A stretch of DNA of 64,000 bases from Candidatus Latescibacterota bacterium (GTDB lineage: Bacteria > Latescibacterota > UBA2968 > UBA8231), in the NCBI GenBank assembly GCA_965243025.1, contig CBDETY010000003.1, forward strand, positions 5,216,001 through 5,280,000, read 5' to 3'. Made by a program: the position numbers and the translations under genes. Below the pieces are notes generated by a model. It did not search any database, was not told where the DNA came from, and saw only the letters and a list, made by a program, of their open reading frames with translations. This document shows, piece after piece, positions 10,030-19,087 of the stretch (position 1 is the stretch's first letter; every line of letters begins with the position of its first letter).

Positions 10030-10911
10030 TCACGGGCTTCCCGTGTTTCCGGCCCCGGAGCTTCCCATCCCCCGGCGAGGACCGCTGCTTCCGCCGCCCT
10101 GCCCTTTCGCCGCCGCGCCCCGGTACTCGAACCTCGGCTTGGCCCCCGGGGCCTCGACGATCCTGAAGTCGCGAGGCGATTCCTCCCAGGCGGACTGGCA
10201 CTCGAACCCGAGCAGCCGCCGCAGCAGCGGCGTGGCCGCGGCGACGACCTCGGGCGGGGTCGAGCGCGTGTGGTCGCAGAACGGCTTGATCGTGCTGCGG
10301 CAGCAGAAGCCCTGGATGGCGTAGCGGACCTCCCCCGTCCTGTTGGGACCTCCTCCGTGCAGCAGGCGGGCGTCGAAGACCAGCATCGTTCCCGGCCGGC
10401 AGACGAACATCCGCTCCTCTTCGGGGGGCACCGATTCCGGGTCGATATCCCTGTTGTGAGAGCCGGGCACGAACCGCGTGGCCCCGTTCCCGGGGGTGAA
10501 CTCCGACAGGGCGATCATGGACTGCGCCATGGTGGGAAGCAGGGCGTGGACGTTGAAGGGGGGGTTGGGCACGAAGGGACCGCCGTCCCGGTGCAGGCCC
10601 TGCGCCTCCATTGCCGGCAGCGGCGAGCGCGCCCCCATGTCGGAGAGGATGTAGTCGGAGCCGAGGAGGTACTCCATGCAGGCGACCAGCCGGGGCAGCT
10701 GGATGATCTCGCGGAACACCTCGGCGCGGGCGGTCAGGTTGTGGGTGCGCCCGGCGCCCGGCTCGTGTTCCCCGGAGCGCTCCTCTTCATAGCTGGCCCG
10801 CAGCGCCGCGACAGCCTCGTCGATCTGGCGCTGGTCGAGCATCCCCTCGAGGATGGTGAAGCCCTGCTCGTCGAGCTCGAGGAAGTGCGCTTCCATGCCC
10901 GAACCGGTCAT
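10030..10911 (-). CDS. PhyH family dioxygenase
   Basis: LDEQGFTIL, GLHRD, NGATRFVPGSH, LHGGGPN; start uncertain (10911 or 10896). Confidence 0.88.
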   Translation of the reverse strand: MTGSGMEAHFLELDEQGFTILEGMLDQRQIDEAVAALRASYEEERSGEHEPGAGRTHNLTARAEVFREIIQLPRLVACMEYLLGSDYILSDMGARSPLPAMEAQGLHRDGGPFVPNPPFNVHALLPTMAQSMIALSEFTPGNGATRFVPGSHNRDIDPESVPPEEERMFVCRPGTMLVFDARLLHGGGPNRTGEVRYAIQGFCCRSTIKPFCDHTRSTPPEVVAAATPLLRRLLGFECQSAWEESPRDFRIVEAPGAKPRFEYRGAAAKGQGGGSSGPRRGMGSSGAGNTGSP

Positions 10912-10953
10912 TTTCCGCTCCGCTGATTCAAATCGATTGCGATCCGATACCAT

Positions 10954-10979
10954 GGTGATTTTCGACGGTGATTTTCGAC
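10954..10979. repeat. 13-bp direct tandem repeat x2 (GGTGATTTTCGAC) in divergent intergenic region
   Basis: Exact duplication read from the sequence. Confidence 0.8.
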
Positions 10980-11281
10980 GCCGCGGTCTGCGCAACGCGG
11001 CGAGCCGGGATGAAGCGGTGTCCGGATTGACCCGAAATCGCGCATGCAGGCACCGGACCGGCCGCTCCCTTTTCCGGACCTTCAGCAGCTCGTCGACGGA
11101 TGCGGTCGAGAGCCGATGCTGCCCTCCTCCGGGCAAGGCGATTTCGACACCCTTCGTTTCCGGCGGCACGGTGAAAACATGCCAACAATTCTCGCAAAAG
11201 CCACTGCCAGGGTTTATATCTGTGCGCGGGTAGAGCCGTTCCACCGAAACCCCGGAACGGAAGCACGCCCTCCCACCACCC

Positions 11282-13321
11282 ATGTCCTCCGACCAATCGC
11301 AAGCGGACAGCCGGCCCCCGTTTCCCAGGCGCATGGCCCCGGCCGTGGACTACATGGAGCCGAAGGGGACGGAAACTCCGTCCGCGGAACCGGGCGAACC
11401 GGTCTCCGCCCTGGCGTTCCTGCTGGGAGCCGCGCTCTGCCTGCTGATCGGGGTCGGAACGGTATACGGCAACGCCATCGTCAAGGGCACGTTCATGGCC
11501 TGGTGCTTCAGCAACCCGGTGGCGCTCTTCCTGTTCTTCTACCTCGTGCTGGGCAACCTCCTGATCGGCGCCCTGGCGCGCGGTTTCTCCCTGCGGCGGG
11601 GGGAGCTGGTGCTGATCTACGCCATGATGATGATGTCGGCGTCGATCCCCACCTTCGGGGTGGTCGAGCACCTGCTGCCGATGATCACCGGGGTGTTCTA
11701 CTACGCCACCCCGGAAAACAACTGGGCGGAGCTGGTTCAGCCCCACGTACCCTCCTGGATCGCCCCCCGGGAGGAGAACCTGGTCCTCGGTTTCTACGAG
11801 GGGCTGCCGCCAGGGGCGCCGATTCCCTGGGAGGGATGGCTGGAGCCGCTCGCCTGGTGGTCGGTCTTCCTGATGGCCCTCTGGCTCGTGTCGATAAGTC
11901 TCATGGTGATCCTGCGCCGGCCCTGGATCGAGGGAGAGCGGCTCCTGTATCCGATGATGCAGGTGCCGATCGAAATGGTCGACGGGGGGACCGGGGCCCG
12001 GGGGTTCGCGGGCCGCATCTTCCGGCAGCCGCAGACGTGGATCGGCTTCGCCGTGCCGGCCCTGGTGGGAACGGTCAACGGTTTGAGCAGCTATCACCCG
12101 GGGCTCCCGTCCTTCCACTGGCGGTCGCAAATGACGCTGTTCGACGGCACCATAGAAATCCCCTTCATGTTCTCCTTCTCCCTGATCGGCTTCTCTTTCT
12201 TCATCAACCGAAACCTCGCCTTCGGCATCTGGGTTTTCTACCTGCTGACCCAGTTCGAGCAGGGGATCTTCAACACCTTCGGCGTGCGCAGCACCGAGCG
12301 GCTGGGCTGGTACAGCAACCCCAACTCCCCCTACCTGACCCACCAGGCATTCGGGGCGATGATGGTGTTCGCCCTCTACACCCTGTGGAAGGCCCGCAGC
12401 CACCTGGCGGCGGTGGCGCGGCGGGCCGCCGGCCTGGGAAGGGCCGACGACGGGGAGGAGATCATGTCGTACCGGGCGGCGGCCCTCACCCTGGTGCTCG
12501 GTCTGGCGGTGATGGTGGCGTGGCTCGAGGCGGCCGGGATTCCGCTTCCGGCCTCGCTCCTTCTCGCAGCGGTCGCGCTGCTGATCTTCCTCGCCCTTTC
12601 CCGCATCGTCGTCGAGGCCGGGGTTGCCCTGGCGCGGGCCCCGTTCATAGCCCCGGATTTCGTGATGGCGACCATGGGGCCCTCCTTCCTCGGACGCGGC
12701 GGACTTACCGGCCTGGCCTACTGCTACCCGTGGACGGCGGACATCGTCACCTTCCCGATGGCCTCGTGCGCCAACAATCTCAAGATGATCCACGAGATCG
12801 TGCGGGGGAGGAAGAGGGCCTTCTTCTGGGGGATGGTGCTGGCCCTCGCCGTGACTCTCGCCGGGGCCTGCTGGGTCATCCTCTACCTGTCGTACCGCCA
12901 CGGGGGGATCAACCTCGACAACTGGTTCTGGCTCAGCTCCTCGGACACCCCCCTCAACCACATCGTCCTGATGATGAAACAGCCCTCCACCACCGGCCTG
13001 GGGGGCTGGCTGTTCACGGGGTTCGGAGCCGCCCTGATGGGAGTGCTGGTCGCGGTCCATCAGCGCGTGATGTGGTGGCCGCTCCACCCTCTCGGGCTGG
13101 TCATGACCGGGACGATCTTCACCTCGGGGGTGATGTGGTTCAATGTCTTCCTGGCCTGGGCGGTGAAGGGGGTGGTGCTCAAGTGCGGGGGCGGCGAGCT
13201 CTACCGCAAGGCGCGGTTTTTTTTCGCCGGAATGATTCTCGGCGCCTTCGTCGTGTCCGGCACCTGGCTGGTCGTCGATGCGGTCACTGGCAAGCAGGGG
13301 AATTTCGTGCTCGTCTGGTGA
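11282..13321 (+). CDS. DUF6785/DUF6784-like multi-pass membrane protein (putative peptide transporter)
   Basis: Many TM helices; YYATPENNW, W..GERLLYP, WWPLHPLG, FF.GMILG motifs. Confidence 0.8.
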   Translation: MSSDQSQADSRPPFPRRMAPAVDYMEPKGTETPSAEPGEPVSALAFLLGAALCLLIGVGTVYGNAIVKGTFMAWCFSNPVALFLFFYLVLGNLLIGALARGFSLRRGELVLIYAMMMMSASIPTFGVVEHLLPMITGVFYYATPENNWAELVQPHVPSWIAPREENLVLGFYEGLPPGAPIPWEGWLEPLAWWSVFLMALWLVSISLMVILRRPWIEGERLLYPMMQVPIEMVDGGTGARGFAGRIFRQPQTWIGFAVPALVGTVNGLSSYHPGLPSFHWRSQMTLFDGTIEIPFMFSFSLIGFSFFINRNLAFGIWVFYLLTQFEQGIFNTFGVRSTERLGWYSNPNSPYLTHQAFGAMMVFALYTLWKARSHLAAVARRAAGLGRADDGEEIMSYRAAALTLVLGLAVMVAWLEAAGIPLPASLLLAAVALLIFLALSRIVVEAGVALARAPFIAPDFVMATMGPSFLGRGGLTGLAYCYPWTADIVTFPMASCANNLKMIHEIVRGRKRAFFWGMVLALAVTLAGACWVILYLSYRHGGINLDNWFWLSSSDTPLNHIVLMMKQPSTTGLGGWLFTGFGAALMGVLVAVHQRVMWWPLHPLGLVMTGTIFTSGVMWFNVFLAWAVKGVVLKCGGGELYRKARFFFAGMILGAFVVSGTWLVVDAVTGKQGNFVLVW

Positions 13322-13441
13322 CCTGAAGTTCGCTGCTTTTCAGTCCGGCCGCAGGCCGGGCCGTTATACGAGAGCCTCCAGCGCAAACCCGACGGGGGTC
13401 CGCACTGATCCCGTGCCGGCGCCGCATCCCTGCGGTGCAGG

Positions 13442-15376
13442 TCACTGCCAGCCGAGGACGAAGTTGTTGGTCATGCCGGTGAAGTAGTCGATCACGAGCC
13501 AGGTTCCCGAGACCACGAAAGCCCCCAGGATCATGCCGAGGAAGAACGAGCGCAGGCTTTTGTAGGCGGCGCTGCCGCCGTACCTCAGCACCCAGCCCTT
13601 TATCAGCCAGGCGAGAAACACGTTGAACCACATGACTCCGGAGGTGAACACCGTTCCTCCCATGGCGAGACCGAGGGGATGCAGGGGCCAGGAGACGAAG
13701 CGCAGCTGGCAGATCATCAGAATCCACATCATGCCGGCGCCGAAGAAGGTGAACATCCAGCCCCAGAAGTCGGTGGTCGCCTGGCTGTTCAGCATCTGCG
13801 CGAGGTAGGTGAGCGGGAATTCCGACGAGGCCCGCCACCACCAGTCGTGAAGGTTGATGCCGCCGTACGAGTACGACAGGTAGATGACGATCCAGAACGA
13901 GGAGAGCAGGGTCACCAGTATTCCCCCCATCATCGCCCAGAAGAAGGGCCGGCGCTGCGGTCCGGCCACCGTCTCCTCGATCAGCTTGAGGTTGTTGGCG
14001 CAGGAGGCCATCGGGAAGGTGACGATGTCGGCGGTCCAGGGATAGCAGTAGGCCAGGCCGGTCAGGCCGGATCCCCCGAGCCGCGACACCCCCATGCTGG
14101 CCATGATGAAGTCCGGGGCGATCAGGGGGGCCCGCACCAGGGCGACGCCGGCCTCTACGACGATGCGGCTGAGGGCGATGAAGAGGAGAAAGGCGACGGC
14201 GAGAAAGAGCGGCACGACCCACAGGGGGATGCCGGCGGCGTTGAGCCACACCGTCATCACCGCAAGGCCGCCGACGATGCCGAACACGGCGCCGCGGTAG
14301 GAGACGATCTCGCTGCTGTCGTCGATGCCGGGGTCGCCGGTGAACGCCTTGCGCACCACCTGCCGCAGGTGGTTGCGCGCCTTCCACAGGGTGAACAGCG
14401 CGAACATCAGCATGGCCCCCAGAGCCTGGTGGGTCAGGTAGGGTGCCTGCGGATTGGAGAACCAGCCGAGCTTCTCGGTGCTGGCGATGCCGAGGGTGTT
14501 GAAGGCGCCGCGCTCGAGGATCGTCAGGAGATAGAAGACCCAGATGCCGAGCCCGAGCGGCTGGCTGATGAAGTAGGAGAATCCCAGCAGCGAGAAGGAG
14601 ACCTGCATCGGCACGCTCACCCCGAGAATCGTGAACCCCGTGCTCAGGCCGATGCCCCGGAAATAGGGGGAGTAGTGGCTGAGGCCGTTGATCGAACCGA
14701 TGACCACCGGCAGGGCGAAGCCGATCCAGAACAGCGACCGTTTCAGCAGCGGCGGGACCGCCGACATGGGCCCGCTTTCCGGCCCCGAGGCGACCAGCTC
14801 GATGGGCGCCTGCATCATCGGGTAGAGCAGGCGCTCCCCCTGGATCCACTGCTTGCGAAGCACCACCATAAGGCAGATGGAGACCAGGTGCAGGGACAGC
14901 AGGAACAGCAGCCATGCCGACAGCGACTCCATCCAACCCCCCCAGGGGATCGACTCCCCCTGGGGCAGCCCCTCGTAGAACCCGAAGATCAGGCTCTCCT
15001 CGCTGGGGGCGATCCATCCGGGCACCAGCGGCTGGATGAGGTCGACCCAGCCGTTCTCCGGGGTCGCGTAGTAGTAGACGCCGGTGATCATCGGCAGCAG
15101 GTGCTCGACGAGGCCGAAGGTCGGCAGCGAGGCCGACACGAACATCATCGCGAAGATGAGGACGAGCTCCTCGCGGCGCAGGGAGAGGCGGCGGGCGGCC
15201 AGGCCGACGAGGATGTTGCCGAGGACGAGGTAGAAGAAGAAGAAGAGGGCGATCGGGTTGCTGAAGCACCAGGCGACGAAACTGCCGCGGATGATGGTGT
15301 TGGCGTAGATGGCGCTGGTGCCGATGGTCGCGCACAGCGCCGCCCCGATCAGGAACGCCCGGAATCTGAGGATCAC
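13442..15376 (-). CDS. DUF6785/DUF6784-like multi-pass membrane protein, paralog of 11282-13321
   Basis: Shared blocks AWCFSNP, GLAYCYPWTADIVTFPMASCANNLK, WPLHPLG, GMILGAFVVSGTWLV. Confidence 0.8.
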   Translation of the reverse strand: MILRFRAFLIGAALCATIGTSAIYANTIIRGSFVAWCFSNPIALFFFFYLVLGNILVGLAARRLSLRREELVLIFAMMFVSASLPTFGLVEHLLPMITGVYYYATPENGWVDLIQPLVPGWIAPSEESLIFGFYEGLPQGESIPWGGWMESLSAWLLFLLSLHLVSICLMVVLRKQWIQGERLLYPMMQAPIELVASGPESGPMSAVPPLLKRSLFWIGFALPVVIGSINGLSHYSPYFRGIGLSTGFTILGVSVPMQVSFSLLGFSYFISQPLGLGIWVFYLLTILERGAFNTLGIASTEKLGWFSNPQAPYLTHQALGAMLMFALFTLWKARNHLRQVVRKAFTGDPGIDDSSEIVSYRGAVFGIVGGLAVMTVWLNAAGIPLWVVPLFLAVAFLLFIALSRIVVEAGVALVRAPLIAPDFIMASMGVSRLGGSGLTGLAYCYPWTADIVTFPMASCANNLKLIEETVAGPQRRPFFWAMMGGILVTLLSSFWIVIYLSYSYGGINLHDWWWRASSEFPLTYLAQMLNSQATTDFWGWMFTFFGAGMMWILMICQLRFVSWPLHPLGLAMGGTVFTSGVMWFNVFLAWLIKGWVLRYGGSAAYKSLRSFFLGMILGAFVVSGTWLVIDYFTGMTNNFVLGWQ

Positions 15377-15459
15377 GCCGGGGACCGCTGCTCCCGGTCA
15401 GGTGAGAGGAAGCCCCGGGCGCCGTGCACCTCGAGGCGGGGAGGGATGCGCACGGGGGT

Positions 15460-17103
15460 TCAGCCTTCTCCGGGAAGGCGGATAAGGGACAGGGCCGCCT
15501 CGTCGATGCGGATCTCATCGGCGTTGCGCACCCTCAGCTCTTCGATGAACCCGTTGAAGAGCTCCTCCCTGCGGATCATGTTGAGGATGCCGCGGATTCG
15601 CGGGGTTTCCTGCTCCAGAGACCGCTGTTCGCCCCCGCTCCGCTCCCTGACCCGGAAGACGGAGTAGCCCCCCTGCACCTTCAAGGGACCCGTGAGCTGT
15701 CCGATCGGGGCCGCGGCCGCCTCCGGCACCAGGTCGCCGTACACGGGTGCCTCGTAGGAATGGAGGTGAAGCCCGGTCCCTTCCCCCCGCCTGGTCAGGG
15801 CCGCCAGGTCGGGGAAGCTCTCCCCCCCCTCCAGCCGGCCGCGCACCTTTTCGGCTTCCTCGCGGGTTTCCACCAGGATCTCGTCGAGCCACACCTGCGT
15901 CGGCCGGCGGAAATCGCCGGGGTGCTCTTCGTAGTACCGCTTCACCTCGACGTCGGTCACGACGACTTTCCCGGTAGCCTCGATGCGGCGCAGCGCCTGA
16001 ATCAGCAGGTCCCGCTTCTTGCGCTGCCGCCATGAGATCATCTCCTCCCGGGTGGGGTATCCGGCGTCGCGGGCCGCCTGCCAGATCAGGGCGTTGGCCG
16101 CGACCTTCCGCGCCGCGGCGACGACCCGGGAGCTGTCCCCCAGAGCCGGGGGTTTACCCGCCAGCACGAAGATCCGGATATAGTCGCCGGCGGTGATGGC
16201 CCCGCCGGTGAAGGTGTAGAGCGGCGTGGCTGCCTCCCCTTCGGTCAGGCTCTCCCCCGGGGCCCTGGCGATCAGCACGTCGAGGGAGCCGGGTTGCGGC
16301 TGCAGGTCGAGGGCCACCCTGAGCGACTCGACCAGGGCGTTGTGGGCGAGCGTGAACTTCTCGCGCACCAGCTCGCGGTGAAGTTGGCCGCGGTAAGGGG
16401 TGATTTCCCCTTCCCCCTCCCAGGAGCACTGGACCAGCTGGTAGACCTCGGCGAGCTCGACGGGAGCGGACAGTTCCCCCGCCGCCAGGGCCGTGAAGAC
16501 GTACTGCCGGATGCCGGCGCGCTCCGCTTCCGGCCAGGTGATCCTTCCGAGCAACCCCCCCTGCGGGGCCGTGCTCCTGTCGAGGGAGTGCACCCGCGCC
16601 AGAGAGTCGAAGCGCGCTCCCTGCTCAAGCTCCCGGTGCAGCGCCTCCGCCTCCTCGAGGGTGGCGACGACGATCCGGCTCAACTCCTTCAGGCGGTTGT
16701 AGCCGCGGCGGACGAACTCCTCGCCGATCTCCGCCTCGGAAACCTGGACCGCGGGGCCGAGCCGGTCGCGATGGTAGTTGGAAACCACCTTCTGGCGGAA
16801 GCGCCGCTCGAGGTCGTCCTCGAAACCGGGTTCCCTGTCGAGGCCGCGCGACCTGCCCTCCATGACGAGCAGCTCTTCCCCGACGAGGGCGTCGACGTAC
16901 TCCCGCCGCGCCGCGTCCCCGCTCTCCTTCGAGCGCAGCGCCTCGTCCAGCCTGGCGGCGAACCCCTCCACCTCGCCGACGCCGATCTCCACCTCGCCGA
17001 CGACGGCGACGACCGTCTCCGGGGGCTCTCCGCATCCGGTCAGGCCCCCTGCCAGGGCAGGGAAAAGGGTCAGGGATAACCAGGTTCTCCTTCGACAGCT
17101 CAT
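15460..17103 (-). CDS. PpiC-type peptidyl-prolyl isomerase / SurA-PrsA-like lipoprotein with two rotamase domains
   Basis: Lipobox-like LTGC; GARFDSLARVHSLD...GGLLG; GESFPDLA...GQLTGPLK; ATG at 17103 (ORF-track extension is a shadow frame). Confidence 0.8.
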   Translation of the reverse strand: MSCRRRTWLSLTLFPALAGGLTGCGEPPETVVAVVGEVEIGVGEVEGFAARLDEALRSKESGDAARREYVDALVGEELLVMEGRSRGLDREPGFEDDLERRFRQKVVSNYHRDRLGPAVQVSEAEIGEEFVRRGYNRLKELSRIVVATLEEAEALHRELEQGARFDSLARVHSLDRSTAPQGGLLGRITWPEAERAGIRQYVFTALAAGELSAPVELAEVYQLVQCSWEGEGEITPYRGQLHRELVREKFTLAHNALVESLRVALDLQPQPGSLDVLIARAPGESLTEGEAATPLYTFTGGAITAGDYIRIFVLAGKPPALGDSSRVVAAARKVAANALIWQAARDAGYPTREEMISWRQRKKRDLLIQALRRIEATGKVVVTDVEVKRYYEEHPGDFRRPTQVWLDEILVETREEAEKVRGRLEGGESFPDLAALTRRGEGTGLHLHSYEAPVYGDLVPEAAAAPIGQLTGPLKVQGGYSVFRVRERSGGEQRSLEQETPRIRGILNMIRREELFNGFIEELRVRNADEIRIDEAALSLIRLPGEG

Positions 17104-18914
17104 TCTGTGGTTCCTCGGTCCTGTTGCAGTGTCAGCAGTTCGTTGACGGGAAGATCGTGGAAGCGCTCGAGCCCGCCGCCGGGCCAGCGGACCTCCAGGG
17201 TGTCGATCCGGGTTCTCGAACCCAGCCCGAAGTGCAGCCGCCGGTCGCCGGCCGACAGGTAGCTGGAACCGCCCTGCACCACCCGGATCTGCGACAGGCC
17301 GCCGGAAACGAGACGCACCTCGGCTCCGATGCCGTCGCGGTTTCCGCGGCCGCCCACGGTGCGGATCATCGACCAGTTGCGCCGGTTGCCGCCCTCGTTG
17401 CGCAGCAGTGTCGCAGGTCCTCCGCAGTGGGTGACGAGGAGGTCGAGGTCGCCGTCGTTGTCGTAGTCCCCGAAGGCCGCCCCCCGGCCGACTTCCCTGG
17501 CCGCGAACCAGGCCCCCGACGAGTCGGAGACGTCGGCGAAGGAGCCGCCCCGGTTTGCGAAGAGCTGGTCGGGCTGGGCGAATTCGACCCCGGGCTGGAA
17601 CAGCGGAATCCGCTCGAGGATATGGCCGTTGGCCACGTACAGGTCGAGGTCCCCGTCGTTGTCGTAGTCGAAAAAGCCGGTGCCGAACCCCAGAACGCGC
17701 CAGCTCGGTTCGGAGAGACCGGCGGCGGCGGTCACGTCCCGGAAGCGCTCCCCGGCATTGGCGTAGAGGGTGTTGGTCTCGTGCGAGAAGTTGGTGGTGA
17801 ACAGGTCGAAGTCCCCGTCGTTGTCGTAGTCGCCGAGGTCGACCCCCATGCAGGCCTCGGCCCGGCCCTCGCCGTTGAAGGCCATTCCCGCCTGCAGGGC
17901 GACGTCGGAGAAGGTCCCGTCCCCCTCGTTGCGGTAGAGGTAGTTGGCCATGCCGTCGTTGGCGACGAACAGGTCCTGGTCGCCGTCGCGGTCGTAGTCC
18001 CAGGCGACGACGCCGAGTCCCTTCCCCCCGGGGTTGGCGATCCCGGCCCGCACCGACACGTCGGCGAAGCTCCCGTCCCCTTCGTTGCGGTAGAGGACGT
18101 CGGGGACGCCGCCGTAGGAATCCTTCGGGGCGCAGTAGGAGCGCGTGTAGTCGGAGATCGCCATCAGGCCCTCGGGGTCGGTCCTGACGACGCCCCCGCA
18201 AACCCTGTTGGTCATCGGCGTGAAGTCGAGGAAGCCGGCGATGTAGAGGTCGAGGCTGCCGTCGTTGTCGTAGTCGAAGAAAGCCGCGCTCGTGCTCCAC
18301 TGGGGGGCTTCGACCTCCGCCTCGGCGGTGGCGTCGGCGAAGCTGCCGTCCCCGGCGTTCCGGTAGAAGACGTTGGCGCCGTAGTTGGTCACGTAGAGAT
18401 CCTGGTCCCCGTCGTTGTCGTAATCGGCCACCGCGCACCCGAAGCCGTAGCCCCTGTCGGCGACACCGGCGGCAGCGGTCGCATCGGTGAAAGTGCCGTC
18501 GCCGCGGTTTCGGTACATGGCGTTGGCCGCCGCTTCAATCCCGGTGGCCGGGTACAGCTGCACGCCGTAGCTGTCGGGGTCGGCCGGGGTCTCCCGCGCT
18601 TCCGTTGCCGCGCGCGTCCACCATGTGTTTCCCACTTTCTTCTCCACGTTGGTCAGCCGGGAGGGAATGCCGGCGAGATCGAATCCGTTCACCAGGTAGA
18701 TGTCGAGATGGCCGTCGCCGTCGAAGTCGGCGAAGGCCCCGCCGGCAGCCATCGTCTCGATCAGAAAATAGTCCCCCGCCGAGCCTTTGGCGTGATCGAA
18801 GTCTACCCCCGAGCCGGCTGTGGCGTCGTCGAAACGCACCGGGGGAGGTTCGGCGGCGCAGGCGAGCAGGAAAGCGCCGGGGGCGAGCCTCGATATCGTC
18901 GGCAACACGCGCAT
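17100..18914 (-). CDS. CRTAC1 / ASPIC-UnbV family FG-GAP repeat protein
   Basis: Repeated DYDNDGDxDL; NRDGIGA; SYLS...LHFGLG...VRWP; ATG at 18914. Confidence 0.92.
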   Translation of the reverse strand: MRVLPTISRLAPGAFLLACAAEPPPVRFDDATAGSGVDFDHAKGSAGDYFLIETMAAGGAFADFDGDGHLDIYLVNGFDLAGIPSRLTNVEKKVGNTWWTRAATEARETPADPDSYGVQLYPATGIEAAANAMYRNRGDGTFTDATAAAGVADRGYGFGCAVADYDNDGDQDLYVTNYGANVFYRNAGDGSFADATAEAEVEAPQWSTSAAFFDYDNDGSLDLYIAGFLDFTPMTNRVCGGVVRTDPEGLMAISDYTRSYCAPKDSYGGVPDVLYRNEGDGSFADVSVRAGIANPGGKGLGVVAWDYDRDGDQDLFVANDGMANYLYRNEGDGTFSDVALQAGMAFNGEGRAEACMGVDLGDYDNDGDFDLFTTNFSHETNTLYANAGERFRDVTAAAGLSEPSWRVLGFGTGFFDYDNDGDLDLYVANGHILERIPLFQPGVEFAQPDQLFANRGGSFADVSDSSGAWFAAREVGRGAAFGDYDNDGDLDLLVTHCGGPATLLRNEGGNRRNWSMIRTVGGRGNRDGIGAEVRLVSGGLSQIRVVQGGSSYLSAGDRRLHFGLGSRTRIDTLEVRWPGGGLERFHDLPVNELLTLQQDRGTTE

Positions 18915-19087
18915 CTGGTCACCTCCCGCGCCGGCGGCATTGCCCCGCGGTTTTTGGTGCGCTGCACCCGGTTCTATCTTAGGCCGCTCAACCCCGTGGC
19001 CGCCAGTCGCAGCAGTGTCCTGTCCCGGAACGGATTGCCGCGAATCCGAAGGCCGGCGGCCGGGACCGGTACCGCCTGCATGGCGAG